Positions 50,903 through 64,000 of a stretch of 64,000 bases of DNA are shown piece after piece. The notes under the pieces are model-generated. The model did no database searches and was not told the DNA's origin. It worked only from the letters and a program-made list of their open reading frames with translations. The stretch's first letter is position 1; every line of letters starts with the position of its first letter. The DNA comes from Mobula birostris (lineage: Eukaryota): positions 17,358,244 through 17,422,243 of the forward strand of contig NC_092387.1 of the NCBI RefSeq assembly GCF_030028105.1, read 5' to 3'. Both the position numbers and the translations under genes were made by a program.

Positions 50903-53900
50903 TGCCCTCTAGTTTTTAATTCCCCAACAGAGCGGAAATGACTGTTACTGTCCACCTTATCTGTGCTTTGTAATTTTAAACATTCCTATAAAGTATTCCT
51001 TTTTCCTCCCACATTCCATCTGAGCTTTGAATAAAGACCTAGCCTGGGCAACTTCTCTCTATACAGCAGGCTGCCTAGTTCTGGCAACATCCTTGTAAGT
51101 ATCTTCTGAACTCTTTCCAGTTTAACCACTTCTTTCCTATAACATAGTAACCAAAACTCAACACAATAGTCCCAAGTCCGGCTTTACCAGCGACTTGTAC
51201 AACTGCAGCATAATGTCCCAGTTCCCATACTCAATGTCCTGATTATATGTAATTTTTAGAACAAAAACAAGTTCATCCTGGTGCAAAATGACTAAAGTGA
51301 TCATAGTGTTGCAAACTGTAGTGATTAGAGTAGTACATGTTGGTTCTAGTATCAAATGGTTGAAGGGATATAGCTGTTCTTGAACCTGGTGCTGTGGGAC
51401 TTCAGGCTTTCATACTTCCAGCCTGATGGAAGCTGTGAGAAGGTGGCATGTCCTGGATTGTGGGGATCTTTGATGATGGATGCAACACACACAAAATGCT
51501 GGAGGAACTCAACAGGCCAGGCAGCATCTATGAAAAAAAAGTACAGTTGACGTTTTGGGCCGAGACCCTTCGGATGTTTTGATAATGAGGTGTTGCCTTC
51601 TGGAGGCATTGCCTCCTGCAGAAACTTATTGATGGTAGATGTTTATACATCAGTGTTTTTTTGGAAAAACAAGCAGAAACGGAGACTGTAACACTTAGTA
51701 TTGCTAAACAGTGACAAACCTAGGAAAATATATCACTGGTGGTTATTGAACCAAAGCCTAACATACTCTTCAGAAGAATCAAGGATAAGGATACGAGTTT
51801 CCCAGCATCTCTTGGCCTATATAATCTGCCTCTTGCATATTATGCAATAAAGGTTGGGATAGGGAAAATACAAGGATTCAAGAACTCCGGTTCATAGTGG
51901 ACGTGACTGGGGTTAGAAGGTTATACATCATTATGGCATGCGAGATCAAGCAATATGGAGATCAGGTCAGGCAAGATCGTCACCACAGGGTTGGTTGGAG
52001 ATCAGCAGGGTGGGGAAGTGGAGCAGGTGGGGTAATATTTGGTTTCAAATGTGAAGTAAACGATCAGGCATTAGTGGTTAAATAATGATGCCATGTTTTG
52101 CAGATCCTCAATTAAGAAGGTTAAGGATGATTTCATTGAGCTTTTTAAGATGATTTGAGTTCTTAGTGTTGATACGAGAACTTCTTACCCCAGAGAGTGA
52201 TTCCAGAATAAGGAAAATAGAATGAGGGCATAACAATCTGGGAATCAAAGAACATTACAATATAGTACAGGTTCTTTGGCCCTCAATGTTGTGCTGACCT
52301 TATAACCTATTTTAAGATTATCTAACCCTTCCCTCCTATGTAGCCTTCCATTTTTCTATCATCCATATGCCTATCTAAGAATTTCTCATGTGACCGTAGT
52401 GTATCTGCCTTCACCACCACTCCTGGCAGGGTGTTCCATGCACCACATACACTGAGTCATTTTCCACTTTAAATGAAGTTGGAATCTCTGGTTTTACTCC
52501 ATCTAAGATGTCATGGAAAAGGGTCAGTAACTACACAGCTGGTTGTAGGGCAGTCTGCAAGCTCAAGAGCTGGTGAAGGAGACTGTATCAATACATGTCC
52601 TTTTCTCCAGGCTTGGCTTAAAGTTATAAAAACTGAGAATGCTGGAAGCTGTCAGCAGGTCAGGTAACATCTTTGAAATGAAGTGATTGTTAACATTTCA
52701 TGTTGAAGAGTTTCTGTCAGAACTAGGGAAGAGAGAAAGAAAAATTGGTTTTAAGCTGTAGAGAAGGCGGGGAAGGGACAGATGTGACAAAGGGAATAAC
52801 TCCAATAGAGTGAAGCCAGGTTAAGTGTAGTCGATGGACTAATGGTAGCATTTGAGAAGTGATAATGTAACTAAAGGAGTGTATGATACTGCAAAATACA
52901 GGGTTGTTGGACATGACCAACTGTGCCAAAGAAGAGAGCAAAAGGAACTGAGTCAGTATCACGTGAATAGTTTATAGAACTGATCATTTTTGATGCAGGC
53001 AGAGAAAGCAAGTGAACTGAAGTTGGAGAATTTAATTTTTGAGTCTGGAGAATGCATTGTGACAAAGAAGGACGATGAAATTCTGTCCTTAAGCTATGGC
53101 CTTGTTATAACTGTGCAAGATGCCACAGACAGATAGTTTGGAGTGGGTGTGTGATGTAAGATTAAACTGTCAGGCAACAGGAATCTCAGGGTTGCTCCTG
53201 AGGAAAGCTATTTATATCTGCTTTCTCCAGTGCAAAAGATCAGTAGGTGTGGTTGGAAGAAGTGAAGATGAATCATTGCTTCATTTGAAAGGACTGTTTG
53301 GATCTTGGGTCTGTGGGAAAGAAAGAGGTGGAAGAGTAGGTGTTGCGTGAGAACGTGCTATAAAGAGGGAAGGAGTCAATGGAAGAGCTGACTAGGCAAG
53401 TTGGTAGGAATGGTACCTTTAAAATGCTGGAGGGGAAGATGTGTCTGTGGTGGGATTGTTGAAACCAGAAGAAAGTAGAGTCAAACAGCAAGGGTACATG
53501 CCCTTCGGCCCAACTGGTTCATGCCAATCACAGCATCCCCGTTACTAGTCCCAGTTAGTCATATTCAACCTACAACCCTCTGAGCCCCTCCCCTCCATGT
53601 ACCTTTACAAATGCCTCCAAAACGTTGCAATTGTTTTCACCTTTACTACTTCCTTTGGCAACTCATTACTGGAACTCACTTCTCTTGGTGTAAAGAAATT
53701 ACCCTATCAGGTCTCTCTTAAGTCTCTCTCTTATCTTGTATCTCTGCCCTCAACTTTTGTCTCATCAATCTTGGGGGAAAGACGATGATTGTCCAGACTC
53801 CTTAATGATTTTATAAACTTCTGTGAGGTCACCCCTCATGTCCTACGTTACAAGGAATAAAGATCCAGTGTGGCCAACCTCTCCCTATAACTCAGGCCCT

Positions 53901-55133
53901 CTAGCTCCGACAGCATCCTTGCGAATCTCTTCTGCGCCCACTCCAGCTTGACAATGTCTTTCACATAACAGGGTGAGCAAAACCATACACAATATTCCAA
54001 ACATAGCCTCACCAATGCCACATAAACTGCAACATAATGTCCCTACTCCTCAACTCAATACCTTGACTGATGAAGACCAACATGCTAAATGTTGCCATCA
54101 TCACCTTGTTTACTTGCTTGGCTGCTTTCAGTAAACTGTGTACTTGTACTCCCAGGTCCCTCTGTTCCACAACACTTGTTAGTGCCCTGCCATTCACAAT
54201 ATGTTGTACATCGGTTTGACTCTCAAGAACACATCACCTCACGCTTAGCTAAGTTGAAATCCATTTACTGTTCCTCAGACTGTCTCCATAACCAATGTAG
54301 GTCTCTTTGTAATTCATTCACCTCTTTGGCCTGCTTCACTGCCAACAAGACCCACTGATTTAAAGAGGAAGATTTTAAAAAGATTAGCTTCATTTGTCAC
54401 ATGTATATCAAAGCATACAGTGAATTGTGTCGTTTGCGTCAAACCAAATCAGTGAGAATTGTGCAAGGCAAGTGACATCACACTTATGGCACCAACTTAG
54501 CATGCCTGCAATTTGCATGTCTGGAATGTGGGAAGAAGCTGGAGCTGCTAGAGTACATCCATGCAAATATGGGGAGAACCTACAAACTTCTTACAGACAA
54601 TGGTGGGAATTGAATTCTGATCTTACACTGGCTCTGTAACTGCTACATCAGCAAACTTGCTAATTGAGTCATGTACACTGACATTCAAATCATTTACATA
54701 AATAATGAATAACAGAGGTCTCAAAACTGACCCTGGGGCACTTCACTTAGTAGCAGGCCTCCAGTCAGAGAAGCAATCTTTAACCATCACCGCCTGAATC
54801 TTATCATTGAGCCAGTTCTGAATCCACCTCACTAGCTTCCCCCTGAATTCCCTATGACCTACTCTGCTAGATCAGTCTGCCATGTGAAATCATGTGTCAA
54901 GAACCTTACTAAAGCCCTTGCAGACAGTCGCCATTGCTTACCGATGCAAAAGATGATCTTGTTTGATGTGGAGGCTGGTGAGTTGGAAGATGAAGACCAT
55001 GATCATTCTATTCTTGTTCTGAGCTGGTGCAGGAAATAAGTGGGATGTTTTCTACTGGGGTGGAGGGGAAGCTACGGTTCGGGAACCGGGAAGGTACCTT
55101 GGATGTACCTGTGTGGAAATCTTCTTCATCAGA

Positions 55134-55340
55134 AACTTGAGAAAATCTGCAGATGCTGGAAATCCAAAGCAACACACACAAAATGCTGGAGGATCTCAAC
55201 AGACCAGGCAACATCTATGGAAAAGAGTACAGTGGATGTTTTGGGCCAAGACCCTTCAGCAAGACTCCTGGTGAAGTTTCTGGTGAAAGGTCTCAGCCTT
55301 TACTCATTTACATAGATATTGCCTGGCCTGCTGAGTTCCT
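55134..55340. mobile_element. Inverted (hairpin) pair of Penelope terminal repeats
   Basis: Arms acacacacaaaatgctggagga... and ...tcctccagcattttgtgtgtgt. TSD TCTTCTTCATCAGA / TCTTCATCATCAGA. Confidence 0.75.
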
Positions 55341-56082
55341 CCAGCATTTTGTGTGTGTGCTCTTCATCATCAGAGCAAGATTGAGAGAGGTGGAGCAATT
55401 GGGAGAACAGAACAGATTCTTACACCTTTGTAAAAACTGTGAACGTTCCATTCCATCCTCCCATTTCATCCATCCCCATCATACCTGGTCCAACAATGGT
55501 ATCTTTCTGCTTCCCAAACCCACAGGGTCACAGGACGATTGTGTAAACTCCATTTAGTCAAAAAGGCAACAGTTCTATTAGTGGTCAATATCATGTAAAT
55601 TTACCAGGATTACTCAATTAATACTGGGTATCACTATATTGTGCTAAGCTGAGTAAAAAGATATTTTCAAGTTATTAATTTGGCTTGTCTTTTATATAAA
55701 ATGTTATTAATACGAGCTCTTTTTTCAGTATTGACGTGCTTTTACTTGCATATTTCCCACTATTTCAAAAAAACAAGTTGATTGACAAAACAATGCACAC
55801 AAAATGCTGGAGGAGCTCAGCAGGTCAGGCAGCGTCTGTGGAAATGGATAAACAGCAACGTTTCAGGCCGAGGAACCTCTACAGGACTGAGAAGGAAGGG
55901 GGAAGATGCCAAAATAAAAAGGTGGCAGGAGGTGAAAGAGGCTAGCTGGAAGGTGATTTATTTGAATAAGCCTCCCACCAAAACATCAACAGCTTTTATA
56001 GAAGCTGCTTTAAAGACTGATTCTGTTTTTGTTCAATAAATTCAATTGCCAAGAAGGGCACAAGGTTAGGAGAAGTTTAGAG

Positions 56083-56161
56083 CAGGAGTTCCCAAACTGG
56101 GGTCAGTGGTCCCCTTGCTTAATGGTATTGGTCCATGGCATAACAAAGGTTAGAACCCCTG
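56083..56161. mobile_element. ~80-bp hAT-type MITE with perfect 8-bp TSD
   Basis: TSD GTTTAGAG at 56075-56082 and 56162-56169. Same family as the 2016 and 4572 copies. Confidence 0.85.
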
Positions 56162-59100
56162 GTTTAGAGGATGTGGGATTAACTCAGGCAGGTTGTTCAA
56201 CGTGAACAGTTTGGGCCAACAGTTTCTGTGCTGTATAACTGGCTCTCAAAATTAAAAGACCATTTAATGGATGTGGTAACATACAAACTGTTGGAAAACT
56301 CAAGTGGATCCAGCAGCATCTGTCGACGTTTTGGCATCAGGGCGGCAGAGAGGGACAGGGTGAAGAAGAGGCAGCTGATAATAGGATGTTGTTGCAGCTG
56401 GCGGAAATGATAAGGAATGATAAACTGATGTGCGGATTAGGGAGACTCTATCTGTGTTCAATCTGATGGATGGAGCGTGAGACCGGAAGTCTGAAAAATG
56501 GAAGAGATCCAAGAGAGGGCTCCATCAGCCACAACAGAAATGAAGCTACATTTCCTGGAAATAGATGTCCAGGAATGAAAACTTTTGTATTGAGAGCAGA
56601 CATGAGTTTTCCACAAGTACAAAATATGTGGGAAATAAGAGCCTCTTCTCCCCTCCCCCACTCCTCTCCACAGTTCTGAAGATCCCCTAAATAGAACCCC
56701 ACGCTCCCCGCTCATTCAAAGAATGAAATTCTCTTCATATGGGAACCGTCAAAACCAATGCCTCATTCTGAATTAACACATTCCCCAATTTATCCTTCCC
56801 TTATGTAAATGAAGAGCCTGTATAAGTGCAGCACTGCTTTATGACTGTGATCTTTGTAATAGAGATGGAGAAACTTGGAAAAAGGAATGGCATCCTTACA
56901 GGAGACGATGAGAAAATGTGTAGTTTAGACAATTGTAGGAATCAGTGGATAAGTTTAGTTGAAGACGGGTCACGGAAAGGGAGAAAAGAGCTGGAAATGG
57001 TCCATGTGAGTTTCAGGGCGAGGTGGAAGTAATGGGTGCAAGAAGCAGTACCAATGCATTCACCAATTTTTTTTTTAAATTTCAAAATATACTTTATTCA
57101 AAAATAAATATATACAATAAACCATTCAATAACTTTTCATCCTTTACATACGTTTCCATTATAGTCAGTACATATCTGTATTTATAGCCACCCACGTGGC
57201 ACTCCAGTAGTTTAGCTTACCATATCATTGTTGAGGGGTATACTCCCCGCCCCAAAGAAGGTTTGGAATAGTGACTAGAACCCGGGGGGGACGTCCGCAG
57301 TACACCTTTAATTTGTAGGAACCAAGAGGAATCAGAAGAAAAGTTGTCTGGAGAGGTACAAGTTAAGTTCAGCCAGGCAGATGAGAGTGTTGGTGGAGGG
57401 GAACGGGTTGGATTCTTGTAGAGAAATAAGTTGAGGGCTTTGAGACCTTCCTGATGGGGAATGGACATCTGTAGGGAAGTGTTGTAGTTTTGGTTCCTGA
57501 CTGCAGGTGGCAGTGTAGTGCCATGTCCTGTGCATTCAGTGCATGGAAAAATAGGAGGAACCAATTCATGAGGTTGCTTCCCTGCTCCATTCATCTGTGC
57601 TAGGGTAGGGAAAGTACTGTAGCTGTTTCAAACTCACTGAAGTTAATAGTCTCTACCCTTTTGCTTTGTGAAAAGGATTGAAAGGACCCTTCCAGATGAG
57701 GCAGAGATTCATGTGCACATCCTCCAGCCTGGTTTGATGCATTCATACTCTCGATGTGGCTTCCTGTACATCAGTAAAACCATCTGTAGGCTAGGTTACC
57801 CTTCTGCAGATCACCCACACTCTGTCCACAATAGCAATCCTGAAATTCCAATTACATGTCACTTTATCTCTCCTTCCCACTCCCACACTGGCCTGTCTTG
57901 TTTCTTGACCTTTTCCATTGGTATGGAGAGACCAAATGCAAACTGGAAGCTGACAAGTTGGCGTGGACATTGAATTTTTCAATTTCAGGTAAACCACTCA
58001 CCTTTTGTGTTCTGTATACACACACACTCACTCACATGCCTTGGTCACACTTTACAGCCATTATCTGTCCCATATCGTAGTCAGAAAAGTGACCAAGAAG
58101 TGGATATCCAAAAAGGCCCTGCTCCCTGTAACTGGTTCCATCTGCCCATTATTCCCTTCCCATCCACCAGCCTCGGTCCTCTCCCACTACTACCCTGCAC
58201 TGATAAATGCTGCCAGTGTTTTCTCTCCTCTCTCAGTCTCAACCTGAAGTGTTAACTTGCATGTTTTGCCTTCACAGATGCTGCTTGACCCACTGAGTTC
58301 TCCCAGCGTTCTGTTTTTTCCCCAAATTTATATGGCACACCTTCTCCGTTGTCCAAGCTTTAAAAGGGTTGAATCAGTGTGGATGTTTAGCTACTGAGTA
58401 GACCCAGATACTAGAAAATGGAGCCAAAAAATATCTGTTGGGGAATTTGTGGATAGAAACGGACAGATGCCATCTCAGGGCAAGGCGCTGCTTCTAGCTG
58501 CTTGATTAGTTCAAAAGGCACACTGTATAAAGGTCTTGTTTACATAGAGGGAGGGTGGACAAAGGTGACAATTCCAGGCAGAAATGCTTTGTAATGCTGT
58601 CATTTATCACTGAATGCTTGGTTTGTCATGTTTCATCAGTTTTCAGCAAATGAGAGTGGCTGCGGGACAGAAACACTGTGGCTGACACTAGGAGGGGAAG
58701 CAAGACATCAACAGGTTTTATAGAAATGCTTTAATGACTGAATTCGTATGTTCTATGAATTCAGTTGCCAAAAATGGGTCATGGTTAGGAAAGATTTAGA
58801 GTGATATGGGCCAAACACAGGCAAGTGGGACTAGCTTAGGCAGGCAGCTTGTTCAAGGTGAACAGTTAAAGCTAAAGGGCCTGTTTCTGTGCTGTATAAA
58901 TTACTCTCCAAATTAATTTAAAAGGCCACTTAATGGATGTGGTAACATGCAAACTGTTGGAAAATTCAATGGATCCAGCAGCATCTGTAGAGGGAAGGTA
59001 ACTGTCAATGTTTTGGCATCAGGGTGGCGGAAAGGAGTAAGGTGAGAAGAGGTGGCTGGTGGTGGGGTTTCATTGCATCTGGCAGAAATGATAACAGATG

Positions 59101-60239
59101 ATGCGCTGATGCAAAGATTAGGGGTACTCTGTCTCTGTCCTATCTAAGGCATGGTGGGAGCAAGTGTGAGACCAAAAGTCCAAGACACAGAAGGGTTGCA
59201 GAAAAGGGCTCCATCAGCCAGAGCAAAAGGGAGACAACATTTCCTGGAAATGGAGGATATTTCAGATGTCTGGAAAAGGAAAGCTTTGTATTGAGAGCAG
59301 ATTTGTATTGAGAAACCGAAGGATACAAAGAGCCTATATTGCTCTGATGGATTTGTGAATCTATGATCTATGGAGAAACTGAGAGAAAGAATGGTATCCT
59401 TACAGGAGACAGGGTGGGAAAAGCTGTAGTCTAGATAGCTGTAAGAGTTAATAATTTGTTTGTTCATTATGTGTCGTGTTGTATGACATAGGTGATCATG
59501 GTCTTTCTATGACCATGATTGTTTTTGACAAATTTTTGTATGAATTTTGCCATTGTCTTTTTCTGGGCAGTGTCTTTACAAGACTAGTGACTCCAGCTAT
59601 TATGAATACTCTTCAGAGGTTATCTGCCTGGCGTCAGTGGATGCATAACCAGAATTTGTGATATGCACCATCTGCTCATCTGAAACCTATTGAATATTAA
59701 AAGATTTGGATAGAGTGGATGTGGAGAGGATGTTTCCTGAAGTGGGGTAGTCTAGGACCAGAGGGCACAGGTTTGGAATACAAGGGTGTCTCTTTAGAAC
59801 AGAGATGAGGAGGAAGTTCTTTAGTCAGAGTGTAGTGAATTTGTGGTGTTCTTTGCCACAGACGGCTATGGAACCCAACTCATTAGATATATTTAAAGTG
59901 GAGGTTGATAAGTTCTTGATTAGTAAGGACATCAAAGGTTACGAGGGGAAGGCAGGAGAGTGGAATTAAGAGGGTTAACATATCAGCCATGATTGAATGG
60001 CAAAGCAAACTTATTGGACCAAATACCATAATTCTGCCCATCATCCCCTCCCCATCTGATTCCACCTGGCATCTACCAGCCTCCTTCCCACCCTCTGTAC
60101 TGCTGTATTGGCAATATTTCCTCTTCACTCTAGTCCAGATGAAGGGTCTCAACCCAAAATGTTTTCCTCCACAGATACTGATCCACCAACTGTGTTCTTC
60201 CAGCGTCTTATTGGTGATTCTGGAGTCTGTTATGCCTCC

Positions 60240-61725
60240 ATGATGATGCAATTGCCCACCCTTCTATAGAAATCAACGATCTCTTGCAAATTGCAAATGA
60301 GTTGTTTGCTTAATGCCCTTCAAAATGTGCATGATCATAAAGCTATAAGAAGGAGAGGGACCTCCTTTACATAGGCCATCTGAAGTGAAGTCTGATTAAA
60401 AGGCTCTCTGCTGGATCATCTCCTGGCTTTCTTAAGGCAAAGTTAAATAGATTATGAAGTAAATAGAAGCATAAGGAGATGATGTATAGTATCCTAGTCC
60501 AGTGTTAGCAGAGTGTGTAGACAACAATCCCAACACCCTCAGGATTTTCGTGATGCATAATAATGGAATTCCTGCAATATTGGGTGTTACTCTTATTAAT
60601 ACCCTCGACACACTTCTGTTTCACATTGCACAATAGTGTAATAAACTTTTCAGTGAAACCATTGAGTTTAAAGGGACTGCCAGAAATGGAACCTGATGTC
60701 TCTACAGGGAGATCAGTGAGTTGGCAAACCACTGGGATTCCCAGGCAATCGATACCAGAATGTTGTTGTACTGCAGTGTACGCACACAGTAAGTTGAATA
60801 GTCTTTTACATTCTAATCTTTTATGAAGCCTAGTGTGTACACTCAAGTATTTGTTGGTTACAGACTCCTTCAAATTGTGATCTCTTTCCCAAGTTAGCCT
60901 TGTATGTGATCGAACAATCTTGTTAATTTCACTGTGTGGGTCCTTGTGTTTTGGTGCCACGTCCATATCACCGATCTCGCATTTGGCTCAGTTTTCCAGC
61001 AGTTGGAACACTAGGGGATCCCTTCATCCATGCTGCCCTGTGGATGAGACATTGCATCATCCCCACCTGCCCTTCAGGGGGGGACTATGCTGATATATTT
61101 ACCCTTCAGCTATTGTCAATAACACCGACTGACTGAATCATGCTGAGTTCCCACTGTTCGTTCGTAAAGAGCCCTTGGCTTAGGCACCAATCACTGAGCA
61201 CATGATTTAGGAGCCGGAAGAGCCTTTCAGGCCTTTGACAGTGCTGGATCATTCAGCATTTTCAAACTGACTGTAACCACAATCCTACCAACTGCCAGTA
61301 ATCTTTTAACTCCTTGCATATCAAAACTGTATCTCTGTCTGAAAAAAAAATCTTGACTTTTTCCAAATTGCTGACAATGGAAACAGTTCTGAAGAGTCGC
61401 ACACCATCGAGTGAACAGCTCTTGCCGCAGCTGTGCTTTGAATGTGTGGCCCATTGTGATAAATAGTGAGCCTGTGCATTATTGGCAGATGGCTGGTCTG
61501 GTTTACGACTGGATCCAATACTGAGTGCAGGGTTGGGGCTCAACAATGATGAGCTGAAAGGTGGGATACTCTTTGTATCTGGTCTTGTAGTCGTACAGCA
61601 GCCATATGCAACAGTTGCACTTGGAATAGGGTCCCTGGCTTGCATTGAAGAGGTGAGTCCATGGCAACTAGTGGGCATAAAAGAGTGAGATAGATTGGCT
61701 GGTTGAATAGAGTTGCAGTAACAAC
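60240..61725 (+). mobile_element. Highly degraded non-LTR retrotransposon, tentatively CRE-like
   Basis: RT-like motif remnants in colinear order across shifting frames (see findings). Confidence 0.35.
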
Positions 61726-61729
61726 CTTG

Positions 61730-62352
61730 CACTCAACAGCGGGAGGAGAGTGAGCAGCGCACCGTGTGTGCGCAGCCCTCCGGTGAAAAATGATATCGTA
61801 TCCGTTAAATAGGGGCCATGGACAATTCTGATTTGATGGAGATGGACGTGAAAGCACAGAGGAGCATCTGGAGAAATTTCTGAAATGCTCGTTTGCTGCT
61901 GTCGTTACTGCGTGGTCGGGAATCTTTCGGAGGGTAGGCCTCAAAATCCTCGGCTTTGCCTGCTGTTGGCAACCAGATTGAGGTCAAATCGTTTGGACAG
62001 AGATGGCGCTCAGTACTCGGTGTCGGAGAGCTGATCAGAGCTAGAAGTTTTCGGATGACTCAGAGTCGGACCGTGGTCGGGTATGGCAGGGAGAGTTCTT
62101 CCTTCTCCCAGCTGCGTGAGATGTGAGACATTTGAGAGACTTTGAACTTTTACTGTGCTCATGGACTTCTTCATCAAGTTATGGTGTTGTTGCACTGTTG
62201 TAACTATGTGTTATAATTATGTGGTTTTATAAGTTTTTTCAGTCTTGGTCTGTCCTGTGTTTTGTGATATCACACCGGAGGAATATTGTATCATTTCGTA
62301 ATGCATGCATTACTAGATGACAATAAAAGAGGACTGCGTGTCTTCATAATCT
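61730..62352 (+). repeat. CpG-rich non-autonomous retroelement with LINE-like 3' end
   Basis: CpG-rich body, no convincing ORF, ends ...atgacaataaaagaggactgcgtgtcttcataatctaa. Family not determined. Confidence 0.5.
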
Positions 62353-64000
62353 AAAATATCAGTGAAAATTGATAGTGGACGCCAGGAAGGGGAAGTTGTG
62401 AAAACGCACAATAATCCTCATTGAGTGGTCAGAGTGGTCACCAGCTTCAAGTTCCTGAGCCCATCATATTGATATAATCACAAAGAAGTGGCTATACTTC
62501 GTTAGGAGTTTGAAGAGTTTGGTATCTAGCTTGATATCCCTGTTTTTGTTTGTATTTTTGTGCAGGGAGAGGGGATTTGAGGGCTGAAGATCATATCGCC
62601 ATTCTTTTCTTTATTGGTTTTGTGGCTGTCTGGAGAGGACAGAGTTGTATACTTTGATAATAAATGAACCTTTGAATACCCAGTTTCTATGGGTGCACAG
62701 CACCATTTGGTATGGAGGCTCCAGTGCACAGGATCAAAAGAGGCTGCCAAGGTTTGTAGAGTCAGCCAGCTCTATCATGGGCACAAGCTTCAAGCGATGA
62801 TGTCTCAAGAAGGCGGCATCCAATATTAAAGGCATCTTCTTTCTGGGACATGCCCTCTTTATTACCATCAGGGAGGAGGTGCAAGAGCTTGAAGACGGAC
62901 ATTCAACGTTTTCGGAACAGGTTCTTCCCTTTCTCCTCTCCATCAGGGTGCTGAACAGTCGATGGACACACTAGCTCACTGTTCCTCTTTTGCACCATTT
63001 GGTTACTTAATGTTTAGTGATTTTTATGTTTTGCACTGTACTGTTGTCACAAAGCAAGAAATTTCACGACACGTGGCTGTGTAAATAAACCTGATTCTGA
63101 CTCTTGACCTTACATCAAAGTTATTTGTACTGAAGCTGCAAAAAAAATCTCTCAGTGTAGAGGTGAATGAGAGGTTGCTGCTCTTCCTGTGTAATGTTTG
63201 TCGATGTTGGGGTGGTGGTTTTATACATGTCTCCCTTTGCCCATCCTGGTGGAGGAGGACACATGGTGGTTGGGAGGTGTCGCCTGTGCACTTCCTGACC
63301 TCTTGTCCTGTCACCATGAAACGACCATCCACAACATGCGTCGAATACACCCATGCAGCCATATAACTACTACCCCTACCCCTACTACGTCGATTCAGGC
63401 CTAGGGGGTCAGCGTAAGGCAACCATATAACCCAGTTAGATAAATAACTGCTTGTTTCATAGAACGTTTGCAAGTGCTAAGCCTGTCTGTAAAACGGACA
63501 GGATTTGGGAACCTGGGAGCTGCCGAGAAATCACAAGGTAAATATTTTCTGCAACTGATCTGAAAGGGAAAGGTCAACAGTGAACCTCTTCCTGGTCGCA
63601 TTTCTGGCATTTGTCACAAACCACAGTGGCTCATCCTTGTTTTAGAAAAGATGAACGATCTGCCTGTATGTGATGTAGAGATGAATTGGTCTCCTTGGCT
63701 TGTGTATCTGAGTGTCTGATCAGTCCTGTGTTGGGTACAGCAGATAGATTAGACTGTTTAGTAAAAAGATTCATGGTCCTGGCACCCTCACCTCTCTGGA
63801 TCTGAAGCCGGTTCTTGGGCAGCAGCTTTGCTGCTCCCTTTGTTTTCTCTGTGGGAAATCACCTGTCAGGGAGAGAGTGGAAACTTGGCAGGGAGGAGGT
63901 TTTAGGTTCAACCTTTCAGTGCAAGGAAGAAACACTTACATTTTTGTAGCACTTTTCACAAGACATCCCAAACCATGAACAGCCAACTGAAATACTGAAA

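Noticed and set aside
60505-61732. Minus-strand 153-aa and 156-aa ORFs as a gene or endogenous virus
   Set aside because: No recognisable motifs. The opposite strand carries RT-like remnants that explain the region better.
63655-63725. Possible box C/D snoRNA (GTGATG...CTGA...CTGA)
   Set aside because: The C box is imperfect (GTGATGT), and there is no convincing terminal stem or recognisable guide.
1-64000. Prokaryote-type systems (CRISPR arrays, operons, defence islands)
   Set aside because: The DNA is intron-containing vertebrate sequence. No regularly spaced repeat-spacer array was seen; recurring 30-40 bp motifs are dispersed retroelement ends.

Overview
Eukaryotic vertebrate genomic DNA, most likely from a cartilaginous fish (the repeat families look ray-like; inferred, not verified). 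The window holds the conserved TRIP4 / PCLAF / (CSNK1G1) neighbourhood. TRIP4 (ASC-1) coding exons 1-4 are on the minus strand (22599 down to 1480; the gene continues off the left edge). A complete 4-exon PCLAF (PAF15/KIAA0101) is on the plus strand (30616-35978), with an NF-Y/E2F-type promoter and an AATAAA signal. A CpG island at about 42.0-42.5 kb has three strong splice donors and is probably the non-coding 5' end of CSNK1G1 (synteny only). Most of the rest is transposon-derived: a young 3.9-kb CR1 LINE, Rex1/Babar, L1/Tx1 and Penelope-like fragments, hAT and Chapaev3-type DNA elements, V-SINEs and possible solo LTRs. Most ORFs in the supplied track are repeat fragments or spurious. Best leads: (1) an in-phase U_UUA_AAC slippery heptamer at the CR1 ORF1/ORF2 junction, a candidate programmed -1 frameshift; (2) two core-intact minimal hammerhead ribozymes bracketing PCLAF on the antisense strand; (3) a very degraded CRE-like retrotransposon fossil at about 60.2-61.7 kb; (4) a NAGNAG acceptor in PCLAF that toggles a second KEN motif. 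All family assignments come from motif recognition by eye; no searches were run.
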